A stretch of 64,000 nucleotides of DNA from Candidatus Danuiimicrobium aquiferis (GTDB lineage Bacteria > Omnitrophota > Omnitrophia > Omnitrophales > Danuiimicrobiaceae). The DNA lies in contig MHFR01000042.1 in the NCBI GenBank assembly GCA_001804285.1, positions 14,725-78,724 of the forward strand, read 5' to 3'. The position numbers and the translations under genes are program-made. Below are positions 45,822 through 55,081 of this stretch, in pieces. Within the stretch, counting starts at the first letter, position 1, and each line of letters begins with the position of its first letter. A model generated the notes under the pieces. It searched no databases, was not told the origin of the DNA, and was given only the letters and a program-made list of their open reading frames with translations.

Positions 45822-47177
45822 TTGGGGCGTTTGCGCAGGTTTTTGCGGATATGCGTTACAATGGGTGTTATTGCGCTTATCGTTTTTCCCGCCATTTCTT
45901 TTGCCGAAGTTTCCTACGATAAATATACTCCGACTTGGAAATATCCAAAGGCCTTTCAACCGGGTGAGGCCAACAGACAAAACCGTCAGCAATTTATGCT
46001 GAGGATTTTGGAACAGCCGATTCGCCCTTTTGGTTACGGGATTGGGGAAACTGCTGAGTGGGTTGAGCGACATCATATTGATAAAAAAACAATTTGGTTC
46101 TTCGATGAATTATCTGAGCGCGGAATTCATCCGAAAATGAGAATTTCCCAGAGCAAAGGGACTGGTCCGGCTCTCGAACTTGAATTGGATAAACTCTTCA
46201 AATTCACCAACGAATATTTTTCATTAAAAACATTTGAGGGCGCCGGAGTTATTCCGAATGATTCCGGTCTCAGCTATGATTTTGGCGGAAGTTATCGATT
46301 AAATCTCCCGCCGGAAATTCCGACTTATCAGGAAACCGTTATTTATTATGATAGAAAAACCAGCCAGAACTTTTTCGGAATCGGACAAAATACAAGTTTA
46401 GGCGATTGGTCAACCTATGCGCCTGAAGAGCTGAAATTAAACACATTGATGGGGGTGAAGCCGACGGAACAAATTGAAGGAAAAATGGGTTTTGTATTTC
46501 AACACATGAATATTGGAAATGGCCGGCGCGAACGGGTCGGTAAAATAAAAGAGCATTTTATGAATGCCGATATTCCGGGGATTAGCGGCGGAGATCTGAT
46601 AGGCCTTGAAACGTCAGTTGCGCATGACACGAGGGATCATCAAGATGACCCGAAAAAAGGCGGAATCCAGAAATTGCAATTCGGCTACTTTCATGATGTG
46701 GACAGCAACGACTTTCAATACCTGCAGTTTCAAGGATCTCTCGCTCACTTTTTCTCGCTTGGTTCTGACCGTCGCGTGCTTGCCTTGAGGTTTCATTTAG
46801 AAAAAGATCAAGATGTCGGGAACGGAAATATTCCTTTTTATAACTTACCCCGTCTCGGCGGTGTTACTTCCGGCCAAGAAAGTGAGCTTCTAAGATCTTA
46901 CCGGCATAACCGGTTTATCGAAAAAGGCTTAATGCTTGCCGACCTCGAGTATCGTTATAGTATTTGGGAATATGGAGATTGCGGAGCGGATGCCTTTCTA
47001 TTGACGGATGTCGGAGAAGTATTTAAAGAATTTAGCGGTTTTGGTTTTGAGGAGCTCAAAGGATCTTATGGCGGCGGAATGAATATAAAATTCAGACGGA
47101 AAACGGTCCTTACAATTGTTTGGGCAGCAGGGAATGAAGGATCGAGATTGTCGATGCAGACAAAGGCGTCATTTTAG
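45822..47177 (+). CDS. Omp85 (BamA/TamA-like) outer-membrane beta-barrel
   Basis: AGGAG RBS and TTG start; signal peptide; HDTRD, LGG...LRSY...RF, EYRY, C-terminal Phe. Confidence 0.8.
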   Translation: MGRLRRFLRICVTMGVIALIVFPAISFAEVSYDKYTPTWKYPKAFQPGEANRQNRQQFMLRILEQPIRPFGYGIGETAEWVERHHIDKKTIWFFDELSERGIHPKMRISQSKGTGPALELELDKLFKFTNEYFSLKTFEGAGVIPNDSGLSYDFGGSYRLNLPPEIPTYQETVIYYDRKTSQNFFGIGQNTSLGDWSTYAPEELKLNTLMGVKPTEQIEGKMGFVFQHMNIGNGRRERVGKIKEHFMNADIPGISGGDLIGLETSVAHDTRDHQDDPKKGGIQKLQFGYFHDVDSNDFQYLQFQGSLAHFFSLGSDRRVLALRFHLEKDQDVGNGNIPFYNLPRLGGVTSGQESELLRSYRHNRFIEKGLMLADLEYRYSIWEYGDCGADAFLLTDVGEVFKEFSGFGFEELKGSYGGGMNIKFRRKTVLTIVWAAGNEGSRLSMQTKASF

Positions 47178-47195
47178 TTAAATGGATGGAATAAA

Positions 47196-48914
47196 ATGAA
47201 ACGATTAATAAATTTGGAAAAGAAAGAACGAGTTCGTTTATGGCAGCGTGCGGTGACAATGTCTTTAATTTTCACCTTTTCTGCTTGGGGTTTGGTTCCT
47301 GTCAACGCGGTTACCGTTCAGGAACTTGATCAAACGATTAAGGGGCAGGAGATTTCTTTTTATCGGGAGTTTTTTGAGAAGGTTCTTTATAAGCCGGTTT
47401 CACAATTCTTGCGATTAGATTGGATCATCGATAAGGCGACGATGCGGAAGCATTCTGCCCTTGATGTAAACATTTATGATGAAGTTCCGGATTCCGGATT
47501 TTTTACAAACCGTCACGGGAAGAAACGTTTATCTAAAGAAGAGCTTCAGAGGGGAGCGAATCAAGGATCGGGGCCAAAACCGGAAGGTCCGTGGGCAGTT
47601 CTCAAAGGAAAAGCGAGCGGGGTAACCCCCGGACTTGTTATTCAGGATTTGGCCGGGGATCGTTATCTTCTTAAATTTGATCCGCAAGAAAATCCGGAAA
47701 TGACGACCTCCTCCGAAATTATTTCTCAGAAATTCCTTCATGCGATTGGTTATCATGTGGCCGAGTATTATCTGGTTCAATTTTTGCCAGATATTTTGAA
47801 AGTTAATCCGCAAACAACTTATTACAATAAGGACGGATTTAAAAAGCCACTCACAAAAGAAGCGTTAACAGATTTACTTTCGGATGTTCCCAAATATAAA
47901 GGTGGTAAGGTTCGTGCTTCTGCGAGCAAAATGCTTCCGAAGCCGAATAAAGGGAATTCCGATTTGGAAGGGAGAAACAAGAAAGATCCGGACGATTTAA
48001 TTCCGCACGAAAACCGCCGGTCGCTCCGGGCGTTGCGCGTTTTCGGTTCGTGGCTTAATCATTATGATTTGAGGGAAGGAAACACGTTGGATGTTATTGC
48101 CGAAGAGAACGGAAAAGCCTATATAAAGCACTATCTTATTGATTTTGGGTCGACGCTTGGGAGTTCGGCGTACCGGTCGAAAGTCCCTGCGGCAACGCAT
48201 GAGAATGTGGTAGACTGGTTTGAAACGGGAAAAGCAATGGGTGAGTTTAAGATTGTTCAGAAACCCTGGGAAAAAAGATGGGATAAAAACGATCGCTTGA
48301 TTGCCGACAATTCAATCGGGTATTTTGATAATTTATATTTCAATCCGGGGCGTTGGAAAACGCAACTCCCGCATGAGGTTTTTGAACGGCTGACTGTCAG
48401 TGACGCGTTTTGGGCGGTGAAAATTATGATCGCATTTTCAAACGAGGATATTCAAGCGATGGTGGATACTGCGGAATATTCAAAGCCGGAAACAGCGAAA
48501 CTCTTGACGGACATTTTGATTGCGCGACGGGACTTGATTGCGAAAGATTGGTTTGACCGGATGACGCCGCTCGATGACATCCAATTAAGTATCGGTCAAA
48601 AAGTGACGGGGGAAGTTCAGTTTACGGATCTTGCTGTAAAAGCAGGATTTGTTAAGGCGGAAGAAACAAGTTATCGGTATCGATTAACCAGCGGATCTTG
48701 TCATGCGAAAAAAGGTATTATGTATCAAGAGTTTAAGTCTCCGTCTTTTTCTTTTCAAATGCCTGATCCCGGCAAGAAAAACTGCTCCGTATTGGAAATT
48801 CAAGTCAAACGCGTAGGGCAGTCTAAATGGAGCTGCCCGCCGGCAAAAATTTTGTTGAGCTCACCATCGGGCGAAGCCAAAAATATAATTTCTGACATTG
48901 ACCACGGGCTTTAA
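47196..48914 (+). CDS. Exported protein with kinase-like (HipA/CotH-like) motifs
   Basis: Signal-like N-terminus; GKASGVTP, YLLKFD, NHYDLREGN and YLIDFG match the Gly loop, catalytic Lys, catalytic loop and DFG order. Confidence 0.65.
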   Translation: MKRLINLEKKERVRLWQRAVTMSLIFTFSAWGLVPVNAVTVQELDQTIKGQEISFYREFFEKVLYKPVSQFLRLDWIIDKATMRKHSALDVNIYDEVPDSGFFTNRHGKKRLSKEELQRGANQGSGPKPEGPWAVLKGKASGVTPGLVIQDLAGDRYLLKFDPQENPEMTTSSEIISQKFLHAIGYHVAEYYLVQFLPDILKVNPQTTYYNKDGFKKPLTKEALTDLLSDVPKYKGGKVRASASKMLPKPNKGNSDLEGRNKKDPDDLIPHENRRSLRALRVFGSWLNHYDLREGNTLDVIAEENGKAYIKHYLIDFGSTLGSSAYRSKVPAATHENVVDWFETGKAMGEFKIVQKPWEKRWDKNDRLIADNSIGYFDNLYFNPGRWKTQLPHEVFERLTVSDAFWAVKIMIAFSNEDIQAMVDTAEYSKPETAKLLTDILIARRDLIAKDWFDRMTPLDDIQLSIGQKVTGEVQFTDLAVKAGFVKAEETSYRYRLTSGSCHAKKGIMYQEFKSPSFSFQMPDPGKKNCSVLEIQVKRVGQSKWSCPPAKILLSSPSGEAKNIISDIDHGL

Positions 48915-48967
48915 TCTGACTGAAATAGTTTCAATTCAGATCACATGGTTTTCTAATCGTAAACTTC

Positions 48968-51439
48968 ATGATAGATTGGATCACTCGAGTTATTCAGCCG
49001 ATAGTTCCGATTAAACGTGAAGAATGGACAAAATCCATTCTCATGTTTTTTTATTTCTTTTTTACGATCACGACTCTCTATATTTTAAAACCCATCCGGA
49101 ATTCTATTTTTCTTGAAGAACACGGCGCGAGCAGCCTTCGCTACGCGTACATGGGAGAGGTGGTATTCCTATCGGTGATCGCTTTTTTCTATGCCAAAAT
49201 TGCGAATTGTTTTAAACGGAAAAATATTCTGGTTTCCATCACCATTTCTTTTTTTCTGGTAAACAGCCTGATATTCTGGGTTATTTTTAAACTCGGCTGG
49301 GCAAAATGGGTCGCATTTTTCTTTTATATTTGGGTTGCGTCGTATTCGATTACGGTTGTGACGCAATTTTGGACGGTTGCGAACGATCTTTTTAACGTAG
49401 ATGAGGCAAAACGCCTGTTCGGTTTTATTTCAAGCGGCGGCGGATTGGGCGGAATGTTTGGAGGTTGGATAACGGACAAAACAGCGCTTGTGCTCGGATC
49501 GGAAAATTTATTATTTATTGTTGCCGGATGCCTGCTGATTTCAATTGTTTTTGTAAACAGTATTTGGAAAAAGGAAGAACCCGCTTTTAATCATCAGTTG
49601 GATCAGGAGCGCTTGACAGCTCAGCGCCAGCCAGACCAGGGTTCCCACGTAAAAGATTACACAAAAAAAGCGTGGAAAGTCATTTTTGATACAAGATATA
49701 TTTTGTTGATTACCGCGCTTGTCGTGATTACGAAAGTCGCTTCCACGCTCATCGATAATCAATTTAATGCCGTTGTGGAACTAAATATTGCCGGCAAAGA
49801 TCTGAAAACAAAATTTTTCGGCAATTTTTTTTATTATTTGAATTTTATTACATTTATTTTACAGCTTCTGATTGCCAGCCGTGTTCTTCGCTACTTCGGA
49901 ATCGGAATTCCGCTTGTCATGCTTCCGGTGGGATTGCTTTTCGGTGCGGGATTGACGTCTTTTATTCCAATTCTTTTTTTTGCCCAATTTACGAAAATCT
50001 TCGACGGCAGTATGAATTATTCTATCAGCCATTTAAGCAAAGAGATCCTGTATCTTCCGATCCCGTTGAATGTGAGATATCGAGTCAAGCCGATTATTGA
50101 TATGCTGGCGTATCGGGCATCAAAAATGATCGCCGGATTGCTTATTATTATTGTTTCTTTTATATTTCCTATAACAGATGAGAAATTGGGCTATGTGGTT
50201 TTGTTTTTAGTTCCCGTTTGGCTTGCCATTATTTGGGCGACGCGCCGTGAATATTTATTAACGATTAAGAAGTTGATTTCGAAAGTGCGCAAACAGAAAA
50301 AAGTTTCATCTGCCGTTCAAAATCGGGCGATCGAGGCATTGACCACACTGGAAGGCGAGAGATCGTATAAAAATTTGAGAAAACTTCTTGTGCATCGTTC
50401 GTCTGCGGCTGAAAAAATTTCAAGTACGGCATGTTTAGCGCTTTATAGCGGAGCGAGTAATATTGACCGCGTGCGTCAGCTTGCCCATGAAATGATTCGT
50501 TATGAGGCGCTTGAGCTTAAAGAAATTAATATGGAGGAATTAGATCAAATGCTATGCCGGACGGATTTTGAAAAACCGACGGTTTTGGATGATTGTCTCG
50601 CGAAACTTCTTGAGCAAGACGAGCGGTACCAAGGCGATTTAAAGGTTTTATTTCAAGAGCATGAGTCAAGACTCCTGTTACAAATTATTAATTTCCTGAG
50701 AAACCCGAAAGAAGAAATTGCGAATAAACATAAGGCCGTTCTGATTTTAACGCTTTTAAGAACGCAAGGTGCAGTAGATGTGTTATTGGAGAATCTGAAA
50801 TTTTCGGAAGATCATTCTTATCGATTTATTTTAATTCAAGGGCTTAATCGGATTTGGGCAAAAGAAAAAGGAGTTCTGATCAGTCCCACGATTGTGAAAA
50901 AAGAAATGATAAAAGAAATTCATGAATATAAAGCCATTGATTCTGTGTATTGGGAATATAAAGACAGAAAAAATGTGATACGGACAGAAGAAGATTATTT
51001 GATGGCGACACTTCATGTGATTCGCGAGGAAGCCGTGGAGCGAATTTCCAGATTGCTTGCACTCCTTTATGAAAGCGATCTTATCCGTTTGATCTATGAT
51101 CGCTTTTCTGACGGGGATGCCGAGAAACATATACGGGCGAATGCGCTTGAACTTTTGAGACATGTCGCAGAACCAGGAATCCTCCGGATGCTTAAACCCG
51201 TGATTGATCCAAAACATAAGAAAATTTCAGATAAAACGCTTGAAGAGATACTTAAACGATTTGTGGGGGGGCGTGATAACTGGCTTGTTATTTGCGGGCT
51301 TTTCCTGATCCTTGAGCTGCATTTAAAGCATTTATATCCTTCCATTCAGGAGAAAACCGCGTCAGAATCGCCTCTGATACGCGAAACGGCGGAAATTATT
51401 CTTGCCAAGTCTGCCGGTGACGATAAAAATCTCCGGTAA
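48968..51439 (+). CDS. NTT/TLC-family nucleotide (ATP/ADP) transporter with a C-terminal HEAT-like domain
   Basis: ILKPIRNS, QFWTVANDLFNVDEAKRLFG, KEILYLP, KPIID, followed by a helical repeat tail. Confidence 0.85.
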   Translation: MIDWITRVIQPIVPIKREEWTKSILMFFYFFFTITTLYILKPIRNSIFLEEHGASSLRYAYMGEVVFLSVIAFFYAKIANCFKRKNILVSITISFFLVNSLIFWVIFKLGWAKWVAFFFYIWVASYSITVVTQFWTVANDLFNVDEAKRLFGFISSGGGLGGMFGGWITDKTALVLGSENLLFIVAGCLLISIVFVNSIWKKEEPAFNHQLDQERLTAQRQPDQGSHVKDYTKKAWKVIFDTRYILLITALVVITKVASTLIDNQFNAVVELNIAGKDLKTKFFGNFFYYLNFITFILQLLIASRVLRYFGIGIPLVMLPVGLLFGAGLTSFIPILFFAQFTKIFDGSMNYSISHLSKEILYLPIPLNVRYRVKPIIDMLAYRASKMIAGLLIIIVSFIFPITDEKLGYVVLFLVPVWLAIIWATRREYLLTIKKLISKVRKQKKVSSAVQNRAIEALTTLEGERSYKNLRKLLVHRSSAAEKISSTACLALYSGASNIDRVRQLAHEMIRYEALELKEINMEELDQMLCRTDFEKPTVLDDCLAKLLEQDERYQGDLKVLFQEHESRLLLQIINFLRNPKEEIANKHKAVLILTLLRTQGAVDVLLENLKFSEDHSYRFILIQGLNRIWAKEKGVLISPTIVKKEMIKEIHEYKAIDSVYWEYKDRKNVIRTEEDYLMATLHVIREEAVERISRLLALLYESDLIRLIYDRFSDGDAEKHIRANALELLRHVAEPGILRMLKPVIDPKHKKISDKTLEEILKRFVGGRDNWLVICGLFLILELHLKHLYPSIQEKTASESPLIRETAEIILAKSAGDDKNLR

Positions 51440-51511
51440 TTTGGTAACCGTTGATTTTTACTGCAAACCAATATTATAATAGATACTTATTAATTAATAA
51501 GGGAACCTGTT

Positions 51512-52153
51512 GTGTACGAACTATTTTTGATTCTGAATTTGATTATGTTTTTTACGACCGGCTGCGTGGTTCAGCACGCTGTTCCTGTTCTGCCTGCCAT
51601 CTCAACGGAAGGAATTCGGTTGTATTTAAGCGAAGAAGCCTCTTTGGCGCGCGCGATTGAGCAATATTACCAAGTTCGGGATCTTTCCTCCGAGGAAGGT
51701 AAAATCGATTATTTAATTAGCCGGGCGCAAAGCTCAGCTTATATTTTTGTAAGAAATGGCGTGGAATATAGCGGCCGTTTTTCCGCGGAATTTATACGAT
51801 GGAAATTGGGCCGGGTTCGTGAGCAAAAAATTAGTTCGGTTGACACAGCAGAAGTTTTTATTGAAAAAGTAGCTTCTAAATCAAAAATGAGTGGCAAACC
51901 TTATCTCATCAGGGTAGGGAATCAATATTATTATTTTGAGGAAATTCTTAAAAACGAGTTATATTATTTGAATGAATTTTTAAAACGAACAGAAACATTG
52001 GAACAAGAAACTAAAGAGTCAGGCAATCCGGACCCGGTTTTAGCGTCAGCGGCGGAACCAGTTTTTGCGGATTCGAAAATAGAAAACTCTGCTTCGCAGG
52101 CATCAGAGGCTATTCTGTCCGAAAATTCTTTAAGCCAAGAAACCAATTCCTGA
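51512..52153 (+). CDS. DUF5329-like exported protein
   Basis: IDYLI, FVRNG.EY, TAEVFIEKVASKSKMSGKPY; lipobox-like FTTGC. Confidence 0.65.
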   Translation: MYELFLILNLIMFFTTGCVVQHAVPVLPAISTEGIRLYLSEEASLARAIEQYYQVRDLSSEEGKIDYLISRAQSSAYIFVRNGVEYSGRFSAEFIRWKLGRVREQKISSVDTAEVFIEKVASKSKMSGKPYLIRVGNQYYYFEEILKNELYYLNEFLKRTETLEQETKESGNPDPVLASAAEPVFADSKIENSASQASEAILSENSLSQETNS

Positions 52154-52233
52154 GGAAAAAAATAAATATCGTTTTTACCGAAATTGAAATTGATTATTTG
52201 AGCTATCGGGAAGTTTTTATAATCTGTTCCGAT

Positions 52234-52274
52234 GGCTCATCCCAGCGCACTTTTTTGTGCGCATGGGATGAGCC
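52234..52274. terminator. Hairpin between convergent genes
   Basis: ggctcatccca-gcgcac-ttttt-tgtgcgca-tgggatgagcc. Confidence 0.6.
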
Positions 52275-52297
52275 TTAGGCCCCCCCCGACCCCTCGA

Positions 52298-53209
52298 TTA
52301 TTTGCGGGCTGTCATCGACTTTTTGTGTTCTTTTTGTCCCGTGGTTAAAGAAGCGTAAATTGCTTTGATGATTTGTTCTTCCGACTGTTCGGGATCGGCA
52401 ATAGGATAAGAACCGATAATTGTTTTGAGAATAACGGAACCTGTGGGAAAGCAAACAGGTTGATTTTTAAATGCTGTTTGTAATCTTTTTGTGATTTTTA
52501 TGTGAGGGTCTGGTTTTGTGTGAGGAAGCAGAATCATAAATTCGCGATCACTCAAACGTGCAATATAATCGGTTGTCCGAAGAGAGTTTTGAAGGGTTTT
52601 ACTTGCATGTTTTAAGATTAACTCTTTTGACGTTTGGTCTGTTGTTGAAATGTCGTCTATTTGTATGATAAACGCACTCAAGGGCGTCTTATATCGTCGG
52701 CTCCATGCAAGTTCGCGAGTCAGAATTGTTTCAAAACCACGGCGATTTAAAAGTTCCGTTAAAGAATCAAGCAGTACCAATCGATTCAAATCATCTGATT
52801 TGCCTTGTAATTCTTTTACCAATTGATTGCGTTCCACAGCGTAGCGAATCATTCGGACGAGAGAGGATTGTCCCAGCTCACTTTTTAGCAAGTAAGCTTC
52901 TATTCCGCTACGGATAAATTCGATTTCCAAATTTTCGTCATCTATACCCGTTAATACCAGAATCGGAATATGAGGGGCTTTGTCTTTTAGCTTTGAAATT
53001 GTATTTTTTGCTTCGCTGTCAGGTAAAATTAAATCTGTAAGGATCACGTCAATATTGCCGCGCGAAATTCTTTCAATCGCATTTTCAAGACGGGTGGTAT
53101 GTTCTAAGGTGTGATTAAAATTAGGAGCTCGTTCAAGGCGTAATTTCATGATGTTGGCGTCTTGGGCATCATCTTCAATGAGCAATATTTTGATAAGCGA
53201 TTTCATCAT
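52298..53209 (-). CDS. Response regulator with a degenerate GGDEF domain
   Basis: REC domain (ILLIEDD, DLILPD, YLLK), then DSLTELLNRR; SDREF replaces GGDEF. Confidence 0.8.
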   Translation of the reverse strand: MMKSLIKILLIEDDAQDANIMKLRLERAPNFNHTLEHTTRLENAIERISRGNIDVILTDLILPDSEAKNTISKLKDKAPHIPILVLTGIDDENLEIEFIRSGIEAYLLKSELGQSSLVRMIRYAVERNQLVKELQGKSDDLNRLVLLDSLTELLNRRGFETILTRELAWSRRYKTPLSAFIIQIDDISTTDQTSKELILKHASKTLQNSLRTTDYIARLSDREFMILLPHTKPDPHIKITKRLQTAFKNQPVCFPTGSVILKTIIGSYPIADPEQSEEQIIKAIYASLTTGQKEHKKSMTARK

Positions 53210-53471
53210 CCGGTTCGCCGTAGGTTTTCCCGTTGGAAGGGTTTTTATTTTTTTATAATGTAGAGATTGTAAACCTGTGGACATGGTTAAGTCAAGAATC
53301 TCGGGACGTAGGGGACTTATTTTTCAAAAGAGCGTGGGTGGAAGTGTACGCGTATCCTGATAAGTTAACCGAAATCCGGAGCTAAACGGAATAAACTTAT
53401 CTCGTTTATTTGCCGTTACTTATGGAGAGATTTTTTGGCTTATTGGCCTTTTTTGGGAGCAGAAAGGAATA

Positions 53472-55034
53472 ATGATGTCAGAAGAAAGTCATCTATGCAC
53501 AGATAGCGAAAAGTTGAAAGAATCAATTTCCAAAGTGATTCAGCCTGATAAAGAATTAAAAACGCTTCCCCCGCTTTTCGGCCAGCCCAAGAGGATTTTG
53601 TTAATTGTCCCGCCCGGGACGCCGGAAGAGTCGTACGGACGACTTTCTGCTGCGGCCGGAGAACTTCCAATGCTGGGCCTTGCTTATATTGCGGCGTCTT
53701 TACGGGAGCAGGGGAACTTGGTTAAAGTGATTGATTGCGAAATTCATGGTTGGCCGATCAGCAAGATTTCAGAAGATATTCGATCATTCAGTCCTGACAT
53801 TATCGGCATGACGGCATATATTACCAATATGAAGCGCTGTGCTGCCGTTGCGCGGGTAGCAAAGGAAATTAATCCGAGAATCACAGTTATTTTAGGAGGG
53901 CCTCAGGTTTCGACGGCACCCGAAGAAGGATTTCACTCGCCCGATGTTGATATCATCGTGATTTCTGAAGGAGAAATTGTTATCCGAAACGTCATCAATG
54001 CGCTTGGTGATGATCATCAATTAAAGCAGGTTAAAGGAATTTGGTTCCGCGATAGAAGCGGTCATGTTATCCAAAATGAACAGGAAGGATTAGTGGCCGA
54101 TATCGATTTATTTCCGCCACCGGCGCTCGATCTTTATGAAATGGATCTATATTTCCCACCGGTTCATATACGCGGCGAGAAGGTAGCGCATCTGATGACG
54201 TCTCGAGGATGCCCCTTCCAATGTACTTTTTGCGAGACCAAGTTGACTTTTGGGAGAAGTATTCGTTATCATTCAATTGAGCGGGTGTTACGGGATTTGG
54301 TGGGATTAATTCGACAAGGATATAAAAGTTTTCAATTTTACGATGATATTTTTACGCTCAATCCAAAGCGGACGGAAGAACTGTGCTGTCGCATCATTGA
54401 AAAAGGATGGAAAATTGAGTGGATTTGTTTTACACGAACGAATTGTGTGAATGATGATTTACTTTCTGTGATGAAAAGGGCGGGTTGTTATTTGATCGTT
54501 TATGGCTGCGAGTCGGGTGATAATGAGTTGCTGAAGCTGATTAAGAAAGGATTGACGATCGAGCAGAATTTAGAAGCGCTCTGGCTCGCAAAAAAACACG
54601 GTATTTTAACGCTTGCCAGTTTTATGCTTGGACTTCCGACAGAGACGTATGATCAATCCCTTAAGACCATTCAGTTTGCTCTGAACCCTTGCCTCGATTA
54701 TGCAGCATTTCCAATTTGTGAACCGTATCCCGGAACGGAATTATGGATAGATGCGGTTAAATATGGAACATTTGATACATCGGGGCGGTATCGAAATAAT
54801 CTTCTCTCGGAAAATGCCGCGGTATGGATTCCTCATGGCCGAACACGAAAAGAATTGGAGCAACTGTCAATTTACGCAATGAAAAGATTCTATTTCCGGC
54901 CGCGGATAATTTGGCAGGGTTTTAAGAATTTTTTTCATCTTCCTATTAAACGGGCAACAAATTATTTCATTGCCGGTTTCAAATATTTCTTTTTTAGCGA
55001 GTCAGATTCTTCTGTCCCCGGAACCCGCTTTTAA
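53472..55034 (+). CDS. Cobalamin-dependent radical SAM protein
   Basis: LGLAYIAA, ILGGP, SRGCPFQCTFC, GCESG, FMLGLP, PYPGT. Confidence 0.9.
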   Translation: MMSEESHLCTDSEKLKESISKVIQPDKELKTLPPLFGQPKRILLIVPPGTPEESYGRLSAAAGELPMLGLAYIAASLREQGNLVKVIDCEIHGWPISKISEDIRSFSPDIIGMTAYITNMKRCAAVARVAKEINPRITVILGGPQVSTAPEEGFHSPDVDIIVISEGEIVIRNVINALGDDHQLKQVKGIWFRDRSGHVIQNEQEGLVADIDLFPPPALDLYEMDLYFPPVHIRGEKVAHLMTSRGCPFQCTFCETKLTFGRSIRYHSIERVLRDLVGLIRQGYKSFQFYDDIFTLNPKRTEELCCRIIEKGWKIEWICFTRTNCVNDDLLSVMKRAGCYLIVYGCESGDNELLKLIKKGLTIEQNLEALWLAKKHGILTLASFMLGLPTETYDQSLKTIQFALNPCLDYAAFPICEPYPGTELWIDAVKYGTFDTSGRYRNNLLSENAAVWIPHGRTRKELEQLSIYAMKRFYFRPRIIWQGFKNFFHLPIKRATNYFIAGFKYFFFSESDSSVPGTRF

Positions 55035-55081
55035 TAGGAGCTGGTGATTTACATTCTCTCAAGTTGTTGCTCTGTAATTAC

